Program-made: the position numbers and the translations under genes
IMG/VR virus record: IMGVR_UViG_3300037249_001405
Span: 32,001 to 96,000 of that record
From: a virus
Lineage: Duplodnaviria; Caudoviricetes
Reading direction: 5' to 3' (one strand)
DNA length: 64,000 nt
Shown here: one piece after another, positions 20,939 to 30,365 of the stretch
Numbering within the stretch: position 1 is the stretch's first letter
How the letters are laid out: every line of letters begins with the position of its first letter
The notes under the pieces: model-generated
Database searches by the model: none
What the model was told of the DNA's origin: nothing
What the model saw: only the letters and a program-made list of their open reading frames with translations

Positions 20939-22834
20939 TTAAAATATATTTTCAACCATTGATTGGAATCTCTTTTGTGTATCCTCAAATGCACTGTGAG
21001 TAACTTTATCTAAGGCTTGTTTAGCCTTTTCAAAATTACCTCCAACACCACCTTCTAAGTACTCAGAATATTTTTGTAAGCAAGAAAATACGGCGCCACA
21101 AACAGCATCAAATAAATCTTTTGTACCAGGTTGTTCACCAGTAACATTTTTATAATCAAATTCAGTACAACTAGAAATCAACGGGTGATCTAATTTAACA
21201 TGTGAATTCGTCTTACCGTTTGTAACTATACGTATTTCAGAACATTCCCTCATTAATATATTACAATAAGGAAGTTCTATTCTCTCTGTATTGACAATAT
21301 TTTTAAATGCTACACCAGCATCCATTGTTTTATCAATAGAAATCGATTTATATTCTATACCATCTCTTTCACAAGATTGAAATATACCAGAAGATGCAAA
21401 AGAGTCTGCGCTGAAAGTTACATAATAACCTTCATTGATGAGATCTTTTAAAAACTGATATAAATGATCCAGTGATGTAGATTGTCCTTTCTTTCTTGAT
21501 ACTACAAATAATAGAGGTACTTTAAAAGTTGGATACTGAGCTGTTCCAGTTGGATCTGAAACTTCTCCTGAGTAATAACACAAGCAGACTCCTGTTTTAT
21601 CTTTCTGTAAACCAATATCGTAATGAACAAACAGATTAGTTCTTTTTGGAACTTTATACAACATTGTTCTTACGTGATCTATAATTCTATCTGACTTGTC
21701 ATAGAAGTCCACAATGACTTCTTCTGGTGCATAATTACGAATCTTAGAACAATTCATTAGATGACTAAGATCACCATTGAAGAATAAAGATGCACCAGTA
21801 TATGGGATACCTGCTAAATCCTGTAAACTTCTAACTGGATTTGCTAGAAAGTGGTGTTTAGCTGAAATAGGAACCTTAACTATTCTATCTAAATCTATAC
21901 CGGACTTTATAGGATCCTCACCAGGATTCATACATCTTGGGACTTGTTTTGAATCCCCTATGAAAAAATCAAATGTTTTTCCCTCACTCTCAGCATAAAG
22001 TTCTGGTCTAACTTCCCACTGACTTGGGTGTATACAAAATAATTCTTTTTGTGGTACAATTTCTTCAAATCTTTGGCTTGCACCGTGATCCGCATCCTTT
22101 GCACTGGAGTCTGCAACAACCCCACCAAAATTAAATCGTTTGTTCTTGAAACGAGATTCATAACGAGTTAGAACCTCATCCATTTTCTCCTTAGCATCTT
22201 GAACCTTCCAGAAACCAATCTCAGAAAGCACACAATAAATCAATTGAGTACCGATAACTGATCCTGTTGATTTAGGTCCAGATGCAATCATTCTTATAGG
22301 AGGTTTATTATACTGTTGCCTGAAATAAGGACTTGTATCAAATACAAATTTATAAAACTGAACAAAATCCCTATAGGCTGTTTCAGAACTAGCATGGAAG
22401 AAACCAAAAGCTAATTTAGTACCACCAGCTAATCCAACACTATGAAACACATTTTGACAACAATCCAACCTATGAAAATGATATAACCCAATCATTTTTG
22501 ATTGATAAGATTTACCAGTACCAATAGCACCTGAAAAAGAAATAAATGGAGTACGAGTTATAACAGGATTTGGAAAAATAACTTTAAATTTATCTAACCA
22601 ATAAGCAAATATTTGCTTACCATGATTTGTTATTGTATCACACCCTAAATAATACTCATCAAATAAAAACTGCTCCATTGTTACAGGTATATGATTCATA
22701 CCTAATAACTTACAAGCTATTTGTAATTTTTCTTTTTCAGATAATTTTTTGTATTGGGCTTCTAGAGATACTGCATTGGGGTCAAAAGGAGTTGTAGGAT
22801 CTGATTGGTTTATAAAATTTGTATTCTCTGCCAT
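20939..22834 (-). CDS. Terminase large subunit
   Basis: Walker A GAIGTGKS, Walker B-like VLSEIG, RNase H-like VHYDIG...DKTG and KDLFDA. Confidence 0.85.
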   Translation of the reverse strand: MAENTNFINQSDPTTPFDPNAVSLEAQYKKLSEKEKLQIACKLLGMNHIPVTMEQFLFDEYYLGCDTITNHGKQIFAYWLDKFKVIFPNPVITRTPFISFSGAIGTGKSYQSKMIGLYHFHRLDCCQNVFHSVGLAGGTKLAFGFFHASSETAYRDFVQFYKFVFDTSPYFRQQYNKPPIRMIASGPKSTGSVIGTQLIYCVLSEIGFWKVQDAKEKMDEVLTRYESRFKNKRFNFGGVVADSSAKDADHGASQRFEEIVPQKELFCIHPSQWEVRPELYAESEGKTFDFFIGDSKQVPRCMNPGEDPIKSGIDLDRIVKVPISAKHHFLANPVRSLQDLAGIPYTGASLFFNGDLSHLMNCSKIRNYAPEEVIVDFYDKSDRIIDHVRTMLYKVPKRTNLFVHYDIGLQKDKTGVCLCYYSGEVSDPTGTAQYPTFKVPLLFVVSRKKGQSTSLDHLYQFLKDLINEGYYVTFSADSFASSGIFQSCERDGIEYKSISIDKTMDAGVAFKNIVNTERIELPYCNILMRECSEIRIVTNGKTNSHVKLDHPLISSCTEFDYKNVTGEQPGTKDLFDAVCGAVFSCLQKYSEYLEGGVGGNFEKAKQALDKVTHSAFEDTQKRFQSMVENIF

Positions 22835-22848
22835 ATTACGTTAATTTT

Positions 22849-23307
22849 TTAATACAAATATCCTTTACCTATAAATGATGCAGCTCTTTGTTGTAGAGCT
22901 GGGGCTGATGGGTTATTTCCTCCTCTAGAGGGAAATTCACTTTTGACGGTTGTATTAGTCATTTGTCCCCCACCATTCTTAAATGATTTATAGAATTTGT
23001 CTAACTCCCCTGGGGAAGTTCTATTTACTTCATTCCTAGCGTATTGAAAACTCTCTTCCATATCCTTTGGAAGTTTACCACCCTTTTTCATGTATCGTCT
23101 AAATATTTCTTCTTTATCACCAGATCCTGCCCAAGAATAAGCAGATCTATGCTTAGAAGCTATTCTCAACATTTTTTCTATAGTAGGGTGTGTATACATT
23201 TTTTCAACAGCATAATTCATACCGTCGCTAAATCCGGTTGCAGCAATATCATTTCGGTAGTCAAATTCAGTATATGTCTTTCTTTTTAATGTGAATGTAC
23301 TTGCCAT
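22849..23307 (-). CDS. Leader-module hypothetical protein
   Basis: LKRKTY|T; GFSDGMNYAVEKMY|T module variant. Confidence 0.7.
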   Translation of the reverse strand: MASTFTLKRKTYTEFDYRNDIAATGFSDGMNYAVEKMYTHPTIEKMLRIASKHRSAYSWAGSGDKEEIFRRYMKKGGKLPKDMEESFQYARNEVNRTSPGELDKFYKSFKNGGGQMTNTTVKSEFPSRGGNNPSAPALQQRAASFIGKGYLY

Positions 23308-23308
23308 T

Positions 23309-23509
23309 TTACTCGTTACTTCTTAGCGGGTTAAATTCTGTATAATTCCTTTGGGTTGTATCATTACTACCATCCTCTACGCCAGTTGTGAATGTTTTCT
23401 GACGTTCGCCGCTTACCTTAGGCGCAGTTGGTATTTTATTTCCATTTGGATTAACAATGTTTGATTGACCACCCATCATTAGATCCATTATATTAAATCT
23501 TGTTCCCAT
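23309..23509 (-). CDS. Small hypothetical protein
   Basis: 66 aa in operon; QKTF|T and RNY|T. Confidence 0.6.
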   Translation of the reverse strand: MGTRFNIMDLMMGGQSNIVNPNGNKIPTAPKVSGERQKTFTTGVEDGSNDTTQRNYTEFNPLRSNE

Positions 23510-23533
23510 AATTTTATTACTTAAAATAATTTA

Positions 23534-23917
23534 TTATTTCTTTTCTATTTTAACTAAATATATAAATCTGTTTATTGTGGATAGGAAATCATCAATTATA
23601 TTAATTGATCCAGACCACATTAAACTATCACCTATTTCTCTTTTATAAGATATAACTAATCCTCTGATCCCCTCTAATACATCCGAGAATGTTGATTCTT
23701 CCGGTAGAGTTGGATTAAGGGTTCCTATTTCAAAAAAGCCAACAAAAGGAACTGCATTCTCTACAACAGCATCCTCAAATTCACCTAACTCATCTTGAAA
23801 TTCATCAATGAGCTTGTGAATAGAAATAGGACCTGTATTCCAGTGTAATTCCTTTAATCTTGTTTGAAAACCCTCTATTTTATTTATTAATTCTATAACT
23901 TTTCCTAAATTAACCAT
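23534..23917 (-). CDS. Ferritin/Dps-like four-helix bundle protein (DUF5856-like)
   Basis: LKELHWNT...HKLIDEF...FEDAVVE pattern. Confidence 0.7.
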   Translation of the reverse strand: MVNLGKVIELINKIEGFQTRLKELHWNTGPISIHKLIDEFQDELGEFEDAVVENAVPFVGFFEIGTLNPTLPEESTFSDVLEGIRGLVISYKREIGDSLMWSGSINIIDDFLSTINRFIYLVKIEKK

Positions 23918-24157
23918 AGTTTTTGCTATTTTAATTAATTAACTATTCTGAAATTAGAGTATTGTCGTTAAATTGCCTCTATTTCTAGCTTTTATGTTTT
24001 CTACGGGCGTAATTGCTTGAAACTCTTATATATGAACACAATAAAAAATAAAAAATAAAAAATCATAAAAAAAGAGGAACAGGATTTCCTTTAAGGTAGT
24101 AGTAGCCTACCTGTTCTTCTTAATTACTACAAAATTACCCACGGCTTGCGCAGTAGA

Positions 24158-24483
24158 GGAGTGATGCCCTCTTGCAAAAGAGTTAATGTCAGTGGAAAGA
24201 CGGAAAGTGGTTAAGGGAACTTAGTGTTAAGAGTTCGCCTTGTAAAATGAAAAAAGCGGTTACATGAAATGATATATGGTAGTCGCAAATTAACACTTCG
24301 GATATGACGTAAAGTCAACGGCTTTGTGATTCTTTCAAAGGGATACTGTAATTACCTTTGTGGAAGAGCTTAGCCCTGAATCCGAAATGGCTGGCAGCTT
24401 TCTATGGAAGTGCATCAGCGCTACGAAACGACCTCCCTTGAGCAAGGACTTACAGGATCGTTTCTTGAAGGGCGTATACTTCC
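24158..24483 (+). ncRNA. Large structured ncRNA of unknown class (~330 nt)
   Basis: GC-enriched, no ORF of 60 aa or more; ends pair (ATGCCCT/AGGGCGT, GGAGTG/TACTTCC); many hairpins; promoter motif at about 24018-24035 and terminator at 24484. Confidence 0.6.
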
Positions 24484-24526
24484 CCACCAATGTTGAATTC
24501 ACCTCAACATTGGTGGTTTTTTTTTT
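24484..24526 (+). terminator. Intrinsic terminator
   Basis: CCACCAATGTTGA/TCAACATTGGTGG followed by T10. Confidence 0.9.
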
Positions 24527-24534
24527 GCTCCCTT

Positions 24535-24623
24535 AAAAATCTAAATATGGAAGAGAATATAATAATAACTTATATTTTCTTCATTTTATTTTTCTAGATT
24601 TATTAACTAATTAAATATTTATT
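24535..24623 (+). promoter_or_regulatory. Promoter-hairpin leader cassette, copy 1
   Basis: AAAAATCTAA-N4-GGA, hairpin GAAGAGAATAT/ATATTTTCTTC, then TTATTTTTCTAGAT. Confidence 0.7.
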
Positions 24624-25253
24624 ATGGGCATATTAAAGGTTTCAATCCCATATGAAGAAAAGTTGGAGTGGTACAACACTTTGACTTTTCAGGATTTAAT
24701 AGACCTTGTTTTAAAGGACACTATTGTATCCATTAAATGGGCTACTCTTAGCCCTGACTGGGGAATTGATTCTCGTGGTGTTAGTAGTAGCAGAAAAGAG
24801 GAGAATCAATATTGGAAGTTTTCCGAAAAGACTTACAGGAATATTCGTCTCAAGAATATGACTGAAGTCAAGCCAGAAACTTTACTTAAAGATGTAAAGA
24901 TGACTGGAAATTATTACTCATCCTGTGATTATTGGGTACACAATTTTCCAAAGTTGAGTATTAATAAAATTAAACAATGTGAAAGCAAGAGAGATCTTTG
25001 CAAAGCGTTTTTTAGAATATTAAGGCCATTTCTCTATTTTCGGATCTCTGATTATGATTATTGGAACATAATCAAAGTAATTAGTAGAGATCCAAATGCC
25101 TATAGCAAGGATAAAAGTTCCGAAATCGATTCAATAGAATCAGAACTTTGGGAACTTAAAAAAGAATACGAATCCAAACGTAAAAAATTAGAAAAAAGAT
25201 TGGATTCTGCTAAGATTTATAATAATATTTATGAATATATAAAAAACGATTAA
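24624..25253 (+). CDS. Hypothetical protein
   Basis: 209 aa ORF behind a leader cassette. Confidence 0.75.
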   Translation: MGILKVSIPYEEKLEWYNTLTFQDLIDLVLKDTIVSIKWATLSPDWGIDSRGVSSSRKEENQYWKFSEKTYRNIRLKNMTEVKPETLLKDVKMTGNYYSSCDYWVHNFPKLSINKIKQCESKRDLCKAFFRILRPFLYFRISDYDYWNIIKVISRDPNAYSKDKSSEIDSIESELWELKKEYESKRKKLEKRLDSAKIYNNIYEYIKND

Positions 25254-25255
25254 GA

Positions 25256-25975
25256 ATGACATATTTTATTATCGGTGTTATTGAGTGTAATACTAGGTAT
25301 ACATTCAATAAGTACAGTATGATGATGGTTGGAATGGCTAATAGCGAAGATGAATTGCTGGATTCCATTAAGACCATGATTAATGAAGACTTAGCGAATA
25401 CGAGCAAAAACATCCTCGTTAACTATATACATTACGAAGAAAATGGGAAAAAATTTCTTCGTATTGAGGATGCTAGTAGACCTAGATATGACTATATTAT
25501 TATTGAATACGGTCACACAGACGGTGAACCAGAAATAGAAACCAGAACTTATCCAGAAGGAAAGGTTTCTATTAAAAAGTATATACTTGAAGGAAAAACC
25601 ATCGGCTTTACAGCCACGAAAGATGATAATACTATATATACTAATATGACTATGCCTAGTGGTAGCTCATATTCTTCGGATCCTTACGATAGAAGAAAAT
25701 TAGACGGAATAAGTGATGAAAAAATTGATTACTTATTACGAAATAAATTACTTTGGGATGAAGGGAACTATAAGGGTCTTCTTCTCCTGGAGTTTGAATA
25801 TAAAGATAAACCAACTAATCAAGGACGCAATCGAATGGGTTGTCTTGAGAGTTGGTACGACCCAACTTTCTCTATTACTCAAACGTTTACGAAAGAGGAA
25901 ATAGAGAAAATGACTGAAAAAGAGGTAAATGATCTGTGGAAGTTAGCTGGAGCTATTGCCGAAGGACTTTATTAG
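25256..25975 (+). CDS. Hypothetical protein
   Basis: 239 aa ORF starting 2 nt after the previous stop. Confidence 0.75.
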   Translation: MTYFIIGVIECNTRYTFNKYSMMMVGMANSEDELLDSIKTMINEDLANTSKNILVNYIHYEENGKKFLRIEDASRPRYDYIIIEYGHTDGEPEIETRTYPEGKVSIKKYILEGKTIGFTATKDDNTIYTNMTMPSGSSYSSDPYDRRKLDGISDEKIDYLLRNKLLWDEGNYKGLLLLEFEYKDKPTNQGRNRMGCLESWYDPTFSITQTFTKEEIEKMTEKEVNDLWKLAGAIAEGLY

Positions 25976-26060
25976 GTCATTTACAAAAAATATATAAAAA
26001 TAACCGGATTAAATATCCGGTTATTTTTCTTTCTTATTATCTCCTAAAAGCCTTATATAT

Positions 26061-26290
26061 GGATAAATGGAGTTACTGTGTTTCGGTAACTATATCTAAT
26101 CGACATACGGAAGGTCCACAAGCGGAGTTGGTTAGACGAAATCTAGTTCCATTCTAGCATCGTTTGGGCGATGTAAAAATACTTGTGACTTATAGCCGTG
26201 AATAGCGTGTACTAACAGCTATTCATTGTCAGGGGTTGTTGTTAGCCCCGTAGGAATACATAACTAGCTGTAAGGATAAGCCCAAAGCGG
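26061..26290 (+). ncRNA. Structured RNA / long 5' leader
   Basis: CACAAG/CTTGTG and CTTATAGC/GCTGTAAG close multi-stem junctions; TTTGGGC/GCCCAAA alternative or pseudoknot pairing. Confidence 0.5.
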
Positions 26291-26363
26291 AAAGATAAAG
26301 GAAAAGAAAGAAGAGTAATAATATACTCTTTCAAGTTAACAAACAATTAAATTAATACATAAT

Positions 26364-26522
26364 ATGGCAGAGAAAATAATTGTTGCCATCAGTGGTGCTA
26401 TTGCTAGCACCGCGGTTGGCAAATTGCTGAAAACCGCACTCGTGGAGTATATGGAACTTCGCAAGTGCGAAAAGATTGCTGATGCCGCTCGAGCAATCGA
26501 GAGAGGCAGCAATCAGCAATAA
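26364..26522 (+). CDS. 52-aa small protein (below the ORF-track cutoff)
   Basis: MAEKIIVAISGAIASTAVGKLLKTALVEYMELRKCEKIADAARAIERGSNQQ after an AT-rich initiation region. Confidence 0.65.
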   Translation: MAEKIIVAISGAIASTAVGKLLKTALVEYMELRKCEKIADAARAIERGSNQQ

Positions 26523-26601
26523 AAAACTTGAAAGAGGTGCATGTAAAAACCTACCTCTTTCTTTTGAGACACACTTATACTGAAACGTCGTAAGTGTGAG
26601 C

Positions 26602-26704
26602 TACACTATTTATTTTGACTAAAACTGTAGTCTAGTCAGCTAAATACTTATACTAGGCCTGAAGAGACCTAACAAGGTTGAAACAGTTTAAAATAAATAG
26701 TGTA
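26602..26704 (+). ncRNA. Type III hammerhead ribozyme
   Basis: Core CTGAAGA (26659-65), GAAAC (26680-84), GTA site (26627-29); stem I GTCTAGT/ACTAGGC, stem II GACCT/AGGTT, stem III AAACTGT/ACAGTTT extended by TACACTATTTATTTT/AAAATAAATAGTGTA. Confidence 0.85.
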
Positions 26705-26875
26705 CTCAAGATACACGCGACGTTTATATTTTCAAGATTAACAAATAACAACATACATATTTTTTAGTTTTAGTTGAGATAGTAAGATTTCAACTAAAGT
26801 TTGGGATTTAACTATCCAACTTACATCAGTGAACAGCGGGATTCACTGAGCTATTTTTTTTTGCTCCTATTCCTT

Positions 26876-26966
26876 TAAACTCTTAATATTGAAGAGAATA
26901 TAGACAGTTAAGTTTCTATTCCCTTCTTTATTTTTCTAGATTATTAACTTTTAATTAAATATTATT
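26876..26966 (+). promoter_or_regulatory. Promoter-hairpin leader cassette, copy 2
   Basis: AAACTCTTA-N4-TGA, GAAG...CTTC hairpin, then TTATTTTTCTAGAT. Confidence 0.7.
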
Positions 26967-27596
26967 ATGGCATATCAACAACCCGAACGTGACCGTTGCC
27001 TTGAACCCCGCAGGCGTATCATGGCTATGGCTGGAGCTGGTGTGGCGGCTGAAGAGACCGATATCGAGCTCTTTGGATTTGATGGTTCTATCATAGGAAC
27101 TGTCAAACCGTATGAAACTAATGATCCTAGGAAAAAGATCATTAATGATTACTTAATTGAGTATTCAAGTAAATTGCTGAATAAGTTCGGCGATGAATTG
27201 AATAATCAAAGCCCAGCTGATAGCACTGCTACTGCAATGGTTGATGCAATGCTCGCAGCTAGAATACCGATTATGGCAGAAAAATTTTGCGAATCGGTTA
27301 ATACTGATTATGAACATATACCCACAGAGGAGTATATTCGTAGACCAGATATTGAAGTATTATTTGAGGAGTATGTAAAATTGACAGAAGCATTATCATC
27401 AGATAATACACCAGAAAAAGAAAAAATTGGGTTGAGAAAATTCAAAACCCAATTAATGTATAAGCTTGATAAAGAAATCCATGAATTTCTTAAAATTGCT
27501 TATTCTAAAGACGTTTTCCAAGAAGCCAAGCGGCTTCTTGGACAAGCGATTAAGCAATCTATTGAGGTTGCTACCGAAAAAGCTGATAATAATTAA
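26967..27596 (+). CDS. Hypothetical protein
   Basis: 209 aa ORF followed by a terminator-like hairpin. Confidence 0.75.
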   Translation: MAYQQPERDRCLEPRRRIMAMAGAGVAAEETDIELFGFDGSIIGTVKPYETNDPRKKIINDYLIEYSSKLLNKFGDELNNQSPADSTATAMVDAMLAARIPIMAEKFCESVNTDYEHIPTEEYIRRPDIEVLFEEYVKLTEALSSDNTPEKEKIGLRKFKTQLMYKLDKEIHEFLKIAYSKDVFQEAKRLLGQAIKQSIEVATEKADNN

Positions 27597-27718
27597 TTAT
27601 TAGCTTGAAAAACACATATCGATATTTTTTATAATTCGATATGTGTTTTTTTTTTATTCAATTTTCAACATTTAAAAATCTCATAATTGATTGAATATTA
27701 ACTAATAAATTATAATAT

Positions 27719-27961
27719 ATGACAGAGAATGAAATTATAAAAGTAATAGAGTGTCTCCTTGGTGGTGAAATTGACACATCCTCTTGTAATTTTGAGCAGG
27801 GAGTGAAGCGATTGGAGAAATTTATTTCTATTATGAAAAGGTTCTACACAAAAATAGATAATTTGGCGTGGAACCTTAAGGATGCTCAAACAGGCCTTAA
27901 AGCGGAAGCTAAAAATCTTTGTGAAGAGTACCTTAATTGGGCTGCCGGGAAAGAAAAATAA
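27719..27961 (+). CDS. Hypothetical protein
   Basis: 80 aa; promoter motif at about 27673-27690. Confidence 0.7.
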   Translation: MTENEIIKVIECLLGGEIDTSSCNFEQGVKRLEKFISIMKRFYTKIDNLAWNLKDAQTGLKAEAKNLCEEYLNWAAGKEK

Positions 27962-28012
27962 GAGATAGTTAGTGGAGAAAAAAGAAGAGGATTAATCCTC
28001 TTCTTTTTTTTT

Positions 28013-29215
28013 TTATTTGCGTTTCTTTTTTCTATTTTTATATAAATAATAACTTCCTAAACCTAACCCAGCAATTCCTGCTGTAACCAAACCAGCTTTT
28101 GCTAAGTTATTTAGTTTTAGTCTAGAATTAATTACAGGTTCCTTGACATTATTACCTTTTTGTGGTGTTATATCAATAGTGTCTTTAATTACTCTTTTAT
28201 TGTTACTATTAATTTTATCATTACTACCGTGAGACTCTACTTTTTCTTTTTCTGCTTTGGTTTTGGATATTTTCTCTTCTACTATTTTTTGTTCATTAGC
28301 AGCTTCTTTAACAAAATCTTCTTTCGTTGTAGGCTGTGTAGATTGTACTGTGGGTTTCTTTAAATCAATTCCCATTAACTTTGCTATTCTTCTAGTATAA
28401 GCATCACTAGCATCTAATTTTTCTTTTGGTATTTTCTTGATTGTATTCAAATATGTATTGAAATTATCTTTAGTAACAGCAGCAAAAGGTATTTGAACTT
28501 TTATTTTCTCAGGAGGTACTGTTATCACATTATTCCAATCAGTGATTCTCCACTCTAAATTATTATACAACATCTCTGGTTGTCTACCCTCTTCAGAAAC
28601 ATCACACACAAGTCTAATTAAACACTTATGTGGATCTTGTGCAAATCCACCCTCTCCATCTATTAAAGATAGCTGTTGATAATGTAGCGGATACCTACTA
28701 TCTTTGTACAAGCCAACTATATTAGGTTGTCTATAATCTTTTAGTTTTTTATACTTTATAGTATTATCCCCCTTGATCTTTATTCTTTCTATATCATTTA
28801 CTAGTCCATCTGGGCTGTGATAAAACCCTTCCTTTACGCGTTCAGTTTCTATAGGAGTCTTTCCGAATAAAATATCTATATCATCTACATTTTTTCCACA
28901 TTTATCCTTTATGAGCTTTATAACTTCATCCTCTACTTTTTCATTGTACTTATGAGCAGCTTCGTTATAAGACTCAATTAGTGGATTAATTCGTTTATTC
29001 CTTTCTATATGTTTATTTATTTTATTTACGGCATCTTTCCACGATATCTGATCTTTTTTCATAAAATCAGTATCTGGTAAGAAAAAAGACAGTGACAAAG
29101 CTCTTCCGCCGTTTCTTGATTTGTTGTTTAATCCTTCTTTAAGAATATTTGGTAAATTTTCTAAAGGAGTATAATGATGGACTATTGTAAATAATTTAGT
29201 TCTATATAATTTCAT
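28013..29215 (-). CDS. Leader-bearing, tail-anchored ADP-ribosyltransferase-fold protein (putative)
   Basis: MKLYRTKLF|TIVHHYTPLENLPNILKEGL resembles the DarT/Tpt1 NAD-binding start; C-terminal transmembrane helix then KNRKKKRK. Confidence 0.6.
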   Translation of the reverse strand: MKLYRTKLFTIVHHYTPLENLPNILKEGLNNKSRNGGRALSLSFFLPDTDFMKKDQISWKDAVNKINKHIERNKRINPLIESYNEAAHKYNEKVEDEVIKLIKDKCGKNVDDIDILFGKTPIETERVKEGFYHSPDGLVNDIERIKIKGDNTIKYKKLKDYRQPNIVGLYKDSRYPLHYQQLSLIDGEGGFAQDPHKCLIRLVCDVSEEGRQPEMLYNNLEWRITDWNNVITVPPEKIKVQIPFAAVTKDNFNTYLNTIKKIPKEKLDASDAYTRRIAKLMGIDLKKPTVQSTQPTTKEDFVKEAANEQKIVEEKISKTKAEKEKVESHGSNDKINSNNKRVIKDTIDITPQKGNNVKEPVINSRLKLNNLAKAGLVTAGIAGLGLGSYYLYKNRKKKRK

Positions 29216-29333
29216 TTTTATATTATCTTATTATGTAATCTGAAATGAAAAAAAAAAACAGTTTCCTTATTATTTGATTATAAGGGTAATGTTTATTTAT
29301 AACTATGATATAAAATATTAAAATAGAACAAAA

Positions 29334-30329
29334 ATGATTATACTAAGAACAAAGCACTTTGGATTTTACGACCAAAGCGGTAAATTACTTGAGAAATATA
29401 CTAAAGGTAATGGACTTAAAAGATTTCAAAACTGGAAAGAAGGAATTTTAAGACAGTATAAAACGAGACTTAAAGAAGGAGGTTTGAGTACAGACCTCTC
29501 TGAAAAAGAAATAGAAAATATATTAAAAGAGCAGAGTAGGTCGAGAGATGCTGCAGTAAATACATGGGCCAATGAAAGAAAAAATTTAACTTCTCAAATT
29601 GATAAGAACTCTAAACGGTTAAATGCGATTGCAAAAAAGTTAACAGAGTCAGAAAAAGCTGGTAAAATTAGCCATGCAGAAGCAGAAGCTGGTAAAGATT
29701 TCTATGGAAACGAATTAGGTGGAGCTATTAATATTCTTGAGAATAATAGAAAAAATATAGGTTTAGGACAACTAGGACTAAAAAGGGAACCTAAAGGTAG
29801 ATTTGCAAAATACTCTAAACCAGGAGCTCACGAGGCTTATGATGAATCTAAGATAAATGATTTTCTCAGTGAAAGACAGCAAAAGGCTGCTGCTCAGAAG
29901 AAGCAACAGCAAGCAATAATTGATGCACAAAATGCTAATCAAAATTTACAAGAAAATTTAAATAACGCTAATAAACAAATTAGTGATTTAACTAATCAAA
30001 ATCAATTCTTACATCAGCAGCAGGGTATTCATGCTAAAAACTTCAATAATGAAGTTAATAAAAATAAAGATCTAACAAATAAGTATAAAGATCTAGATAG
30101 CAGATATAATGAATCTGTAGAAGAAATTAAGAGATTGCATGAGAAATACAACAAAGATGTTGAAGGGTTAATTAATTCGCACAAGAATAGTATGTCTGTT
30201 GTTGAAAAAGAAAAGAAAGAGTTAGAGGATTCTAGAAATAAGTGGAAATACGGTGCTTTTGCGGCCGGTGGTTTAGGTTTAGCTGGAACAACGGCTGCAG
30301 CTATAGCTGCTAGAAGTAAAGATGAATAA
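29334..30329 (+). CDS. Leader-bearing coiled-coil tail-anchored protein
   Basis: MIILRTKHF|G; ends KWKYGAFAAGGLGLAGTTAAAIAAR, similar to 17409-18479. Confidence 0.8.
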   Translation: MIILRTKHFGFYDQSGKLLEKYTKGNGLKRFQNWKEGILRQYKTRLKEGGLSTDLSEKEIENILKEQSRSRDAAVNTWANERKNLTSQIDKNSKRLNAIAKKLTESEKAGKISHAEAEAGKDFYGNELGGAINILENNRKNIGLGQLGLKREPKGRFAKYSKPGAHEAYDESKINDFLSERQQKAAAQKKQQQAIIDAQNANQNLQENLNNANKQISDLTNQNQFLHQQQGIHAKNFNNEVNKNKDLTNKYKDLDSRYNESVEEIKRLHEKYNKDVEGLINSHKNSMSVVEKEKKELEDSRNKWKYGAFAAGGLGLAGTTAAAIAARSKDE

Positions 30330-30365
30330 AAAAAAAATAATAGGCATTTAAGCCTATTATTTTTT

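Noticed and set aside
24158-24490. tmRNA or RNase P RNA
   Set aside because: No GGGG...TTCGAC 5' end or T arm before the CCACCA, which belongs to the terminator stem; no GAGGAAAGTCC motif.
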